Shown here one piece after another: positions 23,706 to 29,529 of a DNA stretch of 29,529 nt. The position numbers and the translations under genes were made by a program. Within the stretch, counting starts at the first letter, position 1. Every line of letters starts with the position of its first letter. The DNA comes from Lama guanicoe. Lineage: Eukaryota. Where the stretch lies: positions 7,786,270-7,815,798 of the forward strand of contig MU054212.1 of assembly GCA_013239625.1 (NCBI GenBank), given 5' to 3'. Under the pieces are notes generated by a model. That model did no database searches and was not told where the DNA came from. It worked only from the letters and a program-made list of their open reading frames with translations.

Positions 23706-24729
23706 GTCGTTGGCCAACTTAGACAATGATGAACAGCCTTTGCTTTTCACACATGGCCACCCTTACTACTGGCTAAGATACTACCCGTTGGAACATGGCG
23801 ACAGTACCACCAAGAGAAGGAAGTTGTATGGTGAGATTTGATTCAAAACATTCCTGATAGCCTTAAGTTCTAGTAAGAACACTACATACATGACACTTAC
23901 CAGGCCTGATTTCCCTAGTTGACTCCACAAAGGCAGCGAGAAAGAAGAGAAAGTAAGATAATTAGGATGAGTTCTAAAAAAGTAATTAGAAATAGTTATG
24001 AAGGGAAATGAACTAAGCATTTCAAAGTTATTTAAAATTCCAAACTCACAGTTGTTTAATTGCTGTCCTATATTGCGGTATGACCCGTGTAAGCAACTGA
24101 ATCAAATTCTGTGGATAAGTGAAAAAAAAAAAAAGGAAAATCAAAGTAGTCTAGAAATACTAAATGGAAATTCAATGCATGTAATCTTTTATTTTTTAAT
24201 TGAAACTTGAAAACTGTACTTAGCACGTGTATGTGCAGTATTGCATTTCGTTTGGTAGATAACGGGATAAGAACTCAATGCCAAGTCTAATACTGCAAAG
24301 AGTGTACATTAGAATCTTGGACAGGAGGTGCAAAAGGAAAGAAGTGGCCAGTTCCTCGCTGGTGTTCTCCTCATTTTCATTCATCCATCCATGTTCATAA
24401 TGAAGACCTTTAAGCTGACATTGACTGTGTCTGATTGAAACAGAAAACAAAGGTTTCATTCACAGTCTTCCTGACTGTACTCCCTTCCTGAAATCAAAAG
24501 TAAAGAGAGCCACTTTCTAGAGGTCTTCAGTAAACATGGTTATTCTCAGAACGGAACTATTTCCTTTTCCTCTTTTACTATCTACTTCTTGCCTAATAAC
24601 CTGGGATTAATGTTCCATCTTCTTTGTCATTACGTGCACCAAACCACAAAGTAGGTACAGAAAAATGCAAATTATACAGTGCTTTAAAATATTATGTCCC
24701 ATTTTGTAATTATTATAATCATGTACTAG

Positions 24730-25091
24730 ACCATGCTCACCATAATAAACCACTGGAGAGCTTTCATTCCACCCTGTTCTCTTTCATTCATAACCCTTCA
24801 CATTGATGAGTCCCTTTATTTGGAATGTCTTCCTTCCCCACCCAGTTCCCACTTTGCCTGACTAACTCCCATTCATCTTTCCGAACGGAGGTTTTAAGTG
24901 ACTTCTTCCTGTAAACCTTCCCTAATCATCCTTTCTGGGTAGATAATTCTTTGCACTTTAGCTCTCTGTATATCTATATTATAGAATTTAACACATTAAT
25001 ATAATCTTAATTTTTCTTATATCCACAATATATAACACAATGCCAGGAACATGGCTAGGCACTCTAAATATTTGTTGAATAATTGAATGAA
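24730..25091 (+). mobile_element. L2 3' end
   Basis: ttggaatgtcttcc...cttcttcctgtaaaccttcccta...acacaatgccaggaacatgg-taggcactctaaatatttgttgaataattgaatgaa. Confidence 0.85.
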
Positions 25092-25191
25092 CACAACCCC
25101 AAAACAAACATTCTGTTATTTATATATAACAGTGACAAAATTGTAGTGAATTCTAAGGTCATGAAGGTATTTATTGCTTAGAATTCCTTTT

Positions 25192-25617
25192 TATTTATGT
25201 ATGATGTATTTATTTATTTTTCAGTTTTATTAGGTAGAATTGTTACAGTTTGACTGCACATATACAATATATTGCATGTAAATACATATACACAATATAC
25301 TGCACATGTTTTTTAAATTCACGTATATGTACTGTTCATTGTTTCTGAGAACATTTAGAGCTTTAGCTTTTTAAATTTACAAAGTTATCAAAGGAATAAG
25401 GCCAGCTACAAAATAAGAATTAATTCAAAAAGATACATACACCCTGCTATTAACAGGAACATTATTTATAATTGCCAAGATACAGAAGCTTCCTAAGTGC
25501 ACATCAATAGATGAATGGATAAAGAAGATGCAGCATATCTATGTAATGAAATACACTCACCCATAAGAAAGAAGGATATTTTTCCATTTGCAGCCCTTCA
25601 TTCACTTTTTTTTTCAC
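25192..25617 (-). mobile_element. 5'-inverted L1 insertion with 15-bp TSD (copy 1)
   Basis: TSD cttagaattcctttt at 25177-25191 and 25618-25632. Left: T-rich tail, ttttatt and antisense 3'UTR. Right (~25410-25594): sense ORF2-end sequence. Confidence 0.8.
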
Positions 25618-27045
25618 CTTAGAATTCCTTTTAAAGTAAAGGCACTGTCATGTAATTGTAATTGAAATAAGCCCACATTTATATTTTGCTTAATTATTCT
25701 GGTGCTCATTGAGATGACTCTATTCCACTGAAGGACCTCAATGCACAATACATCTTACTTTTTCAGGGTAGTCATTGAGAATCTACAGCAATTTAAAAAT
25801 TTGAATAAAATTTCTTGATGGAATATATATATATTTTTCACTAAACAATGTCAGTGGACAAAAGTAATCTAAAATTATCTGGTTTTATATAGTAAGCTCT
25901 GTATTTTCATTTCTTATCTATTTGAACTCAGTGCTCATTATAATCTGCACAATAAATTGGATGGTTTTATGTCATTTGGTAATGAAAAGAATGGTCTTAC
26001 CAGAAAAAAGAAAAAAAATTACATATTTTTTCTCTTCTTCAAGATGGAGCAACAATGTTGTAAACACATACTGCAGCAAGCATGACTATGACAATATTAG
26101 CTTTTAGCATCACTTTCAAAGATGAAATAGGTTTCCCTAAAAATACTGTTTTTCTAACATCCTTAAAAAGAAATTGAGATGAAATTTTACATAAGATCAT
26201 TGGGATCCTTAAGAACTTTTCAGAAGCACTCAGTACTGAAACCACTGCCCTCTAGGGATATATTTACATGTATTTTATAACACATACTCTAGTAAAACAT
26301 TATACTCTTTCGAATTTTGAAGGACTGCCAAATGAACTTGTTTTGCCTTCTAAATTATATATTTGATATTTGGTGGCCTCCCAACGTTATAGTTGAGTTT
26401 ACCAGAGTGATAATGGCTTTCTTACAAGGCCTCTCAAATCTGAAAATGCTTTAATTTCTTCATAAATCAATGATTCAACTGTATAGAAAATAATCCATTC
26501 TCACTTAACCTCATAATTGATAGAAAAATACTAAAATTTGCTACATATGCTAATTATGTTAGAGGAAAGGTTATAAACAGATGCTTAGAGCAATAGCTTA
26601 ACTTATCATCCTTCTTACGTTGGTGAATTTTTTTGCATATTGTGATTTTTATTGATTTTAGAATAAGCCTCATTTTTGCAGCTACTTTTATCTGTGTGTA
26701 CTTGTGCAGAGGGAAATTGAGAATGCTGTATCCCAGCAACTATTCAATTACAGCAAGTTTAATTAAAAGTTAAACAATTGCATGTGTTTTGTTCTATTCT
26801 CCGGATCACCGTTATTTGTACTTTAAGATGTTAATACCCTTCTTTTTTCCCATATACTAGAATTTATGGTAAAGTTACATGGCTATGTTTATGGGGGTTC
26901 TTTTGGTTTTTTTGTTGTTTTTGTAAAACCAGTTTGGAGCCATTAACTGTTGCTTCACTACTGGAGGACATTCATTTATTCTACAACTGTTGAAGATAAA
27001 AACTATCACAATGAGGTCAATATTGCTAAAAGCTTCTTTTTAAAG

Positions 27046-27048
<3 letters not shown>

Positions 27049-27077
<29 letters not shown>
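27049..27077. repeat. (CA)n microsatellite, about 14 units; counterpart at 29513-29529
   Basis: Directly visible. Confidence 0.97.
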
Positions 27078-27500
27078 ACCTAAACACCTCTAACTGAATA
27101 AAAGAAAGTAAACCCATATCCATAGTTTCCCCATATTTATTACTCTTCACTGAGTTACTTTCACCAAAATTTGGAGACCTTAATCTAGGTCCAGGAAATA
27201 TTAAAAAAAAACTTTTCCTGTTTTTTAGATACGAATTATAATTCTTCAGGAACCCCAAACTAGCCAAAGGTTGGTGTATTCATCCCACCTCTTTCTGTCC
27301 TTGACTTCTCCATCACTCAGAAGTTAGTGATAGATGTATTATGCCACAGAAAGTGGGGTCTTCCTCCTTTGCTTTCTTCGCTGTTGCATTCTACTCCTCT
27401 TCGCCTTTAATAATCCAAGTAGAAGGAGGGAGCTGAATAATGAGGGAAAGGTCTTCCTTCCTGAGAGTAATAGAGACTCTTACCTGATGATCATTTATGA

Positions 27501-27619
27501 CAGTGAATCTCAAACTGTAGTCCCCAAGCATCAGTGTCAAGATCCCTAGGGGCTTGTTAGAAATACAAATGTCTAACTGTGAGAAGGGCCCAGCAAACCC
27601 ATCTTTTAACAAGCCCCCA
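27501..27619. mobile_element. MER5A-type MITE, truncated at the duplication junction
   Basis: cagtgaatctcaaactgtagtccc...gcttgttagaaatacaaat...gggcccagcaa...ttttaacaagccc; the expected remaining end is absent. Confidence 0.75.
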
Positions 27620-29529
27620 TCTAAGGTCATGAAGGTATTTATTGCTTAGAATTCCTTTTTATTTATGTATGATGTATTTATTTATTTTTCAGTTTTATTA
27701 GGTAGAATTGTTACAGTTTGACTGCACATATACAATATATTGCATGTAAATACATATACACAATATACTGCACATGTTTTTTAAATTCACGTATATGTAC
27801 TGTTCATTGTTTCTGAGAACATTTAGAGCTTTAGCTTTTTAAATTTACAAAGTTATCAAAGGAATAAGGCCAGCTACAAAATAAGAATTAATTCAAAAAG
27901 ATACATACACTCTGCTATTAACAGGAACATTATTTATAATTGCCAAGATACAGAAGCTTCCTAAGTGCACATCAATAGATGAATGGATAAAGAAGATGCA
28001 GCATATCTATGTAATGAAATACACTCACCCATAAGAAAGAAGGATATTTTTCCATTTGCAGCCCTTCATTCACTTTTTTTTTCACCTTAGAATTCCTTTT
28101 AAAGTAAAGGCACTGTCATGTAATTGTAATTGAAATAAGCCCACATTTATATTTTGCTTAATTATTCTGGTGCTCATTGAGATGACTCTATTCCACTGAA
28201 GGACCTCAATGCACAATACATCTTACTTTTTCAGGGTAGTCATTGAGAATCTACAGCAATTTAAAAATTTGAATAAAATTTCTTGATGGAATATATATAT
28301 ATTTTTCACTAAACAATGTCAGTGGACAAAAGTAATCTAAAATTATCTGGTTTTATATAGTAAGCTCTGTATTTTCATTTCTTATCTATTTGAACTCAGT
28401 GCTCATTATAATCTGCACAATAAATTGGATGGTTTTATGTCATTTGGTAATGAAAAGAATGGTCTTACCAGAAAAAAGAAAAAAAATTACATATTTTTTC
28501 TCTTCTTCAAGATGGAGCAACAATGTTGTAAACACATACTGCAGCAAGCATGACTATGACAATATTAGCTTTTAGCATCACTTTCAAAGATGAAATAGGT
28601 TTCCCTAAAAATACTGTTTTTCTAACATCCTTAAAAAGAAATTGAGATGAAATTTTACATAAGATCATTGGGATCCTTAAGAACTTTTCAGAAGCACTCA
28701 GTACTGAAACCACTGCCCTCTAGGGATATATTTACATGTATTTTATAACACATACTCTAGTAAAACATTATACTCTTTCGAATTTTGAAGGACTGCCAAA
28801 TGAACTTGTTTTGCCTTCTAAATTATATATTTGATATTTGGTGGCCTCCCAACGTTATAGTTGAGTTTACCAGAGTGATAATGGCTTTCTTACAAGGCCT
28901 CTCAAATCTGAAAATGCTTTAATTTCTTCATAAATCAGTGATTCAACTGTATAGAAAATAATCCATTCTCACTGAACCTCATAATTGATAGAAAAATACT
29001 AAAATTTGCCATATATGCTAATTATGTTAGAGGAAAGGTTATAAACGGATGCTTAGAGCAATAGCTTAACTTATCATCCTTCTTACCTTGGTGAATTTTT
29101 TTGCATATTGTGATTTTTATTGATTTTAGAATAAGTCTCATTTTTGCAGCTACTTTTATCTGTGTGTACTTGTGCAGAGGGAAATTGAGAATGCTATATC
29201 CCAGCAACTATTCAATTACAGCAAGTTTAATTAAAAGTTAAACAATTGCATATTTTGTTCTATTCTCCGGATCACCGTTATTTGTACTTTAAGATGTTAA
29301 TACCCTTCTTTTTTCCCATATACTAGAATTTATGGTAAAGTTACATGGCTATATTTATGGAGGTTCTTTTGGTTTTTTTGTTGTTTTTGTAAAATCAGTT
29401 TGGAGCCATTAACTGTTGCTTCACTACTGGAGGACATTCATTTATTCTACAACTGTTGAAGATAAAAACTATCACAATGAGGTCAATATTGCTAAAAGCT
29501 TCTTTTAAAAGTACACACACACACACACA
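27620..29529 (+). repeat. Tandem duplication, copy 2 (cut off by the window end)
   Basis: Base-by-base match to 25152-~27063, about 99% overall. Confidence 0.98.
27660..28085 (-). mobile_element. 5'-inverted L1 insertion (duplicate in copy 2)
   Basis: Same sequence at +2468; TSDs at 27645-27659 and 28086-28100. Confidence 0.8.

Larger units (their letters stand above)
25152..27619 (+). repeat. Tandem duplication, copy 1 (2,468 bp)
   Basis: tctaaggtcatgaagg... at 25152 recurs at 27620. ORF-track pairs 25922/28390, 26039/28507 and 26554/29022 are all offset by 2468. Confidence 0.98.

Noticed and set aside
25922..29207. Three ORF pairs that look like duplicated genes
   Set aside because: They are short chance ORFs in AT-rich DNA, repeated only because of the tandem duplication.
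1..29529. CRISPR array, operon, intact transposase/RT or other new multi-gene system
   Set aside because: No regular repeat-spacer pattern and no long ORFs; the window is explained by decayed mammalian repeats plus one tandem duplication.

Overview
Non-coding, AT-rich mammalian DNA (intronic or intergenic). It is most likely camelid, judged from a vic-1-like tRNA-derived SINE and cetartiodactyl-type L1 3' ends. I find no protein-coding gene, RNA gene or CRISPR; the ORF-track entries look like chance ORFs in repeats or AT-rich DNA. Much of the window is interspersed repeats: many MIRs, L2, an L4/RTE-X fragment, old L1M(E) and younger L1 pieces, MLT1, an ERV1-type LTR, MER5A, MER20-like and MER94 DNA transposons. 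Repeat family names come from my recall of consensus sequences, not from a search. The main structure is a head-to-tail 2,468-bp tandem duplication (25152-27619, then 27620 to the window end). Its copies differ by 1 substitution over the first ~1.3 kb but by 14 substitutions and an indel over the next ~0.58 kb. Other oddities are a TSD-flanked 5'-inverted L1, an LTR with a second PPT/LTR start inside its TSD-bounded span, an L1 5'-end-only insertion with its own A-tail, and a tiny L1 insertion ending in poly-T. I see no evidence for a new multi-gene system.
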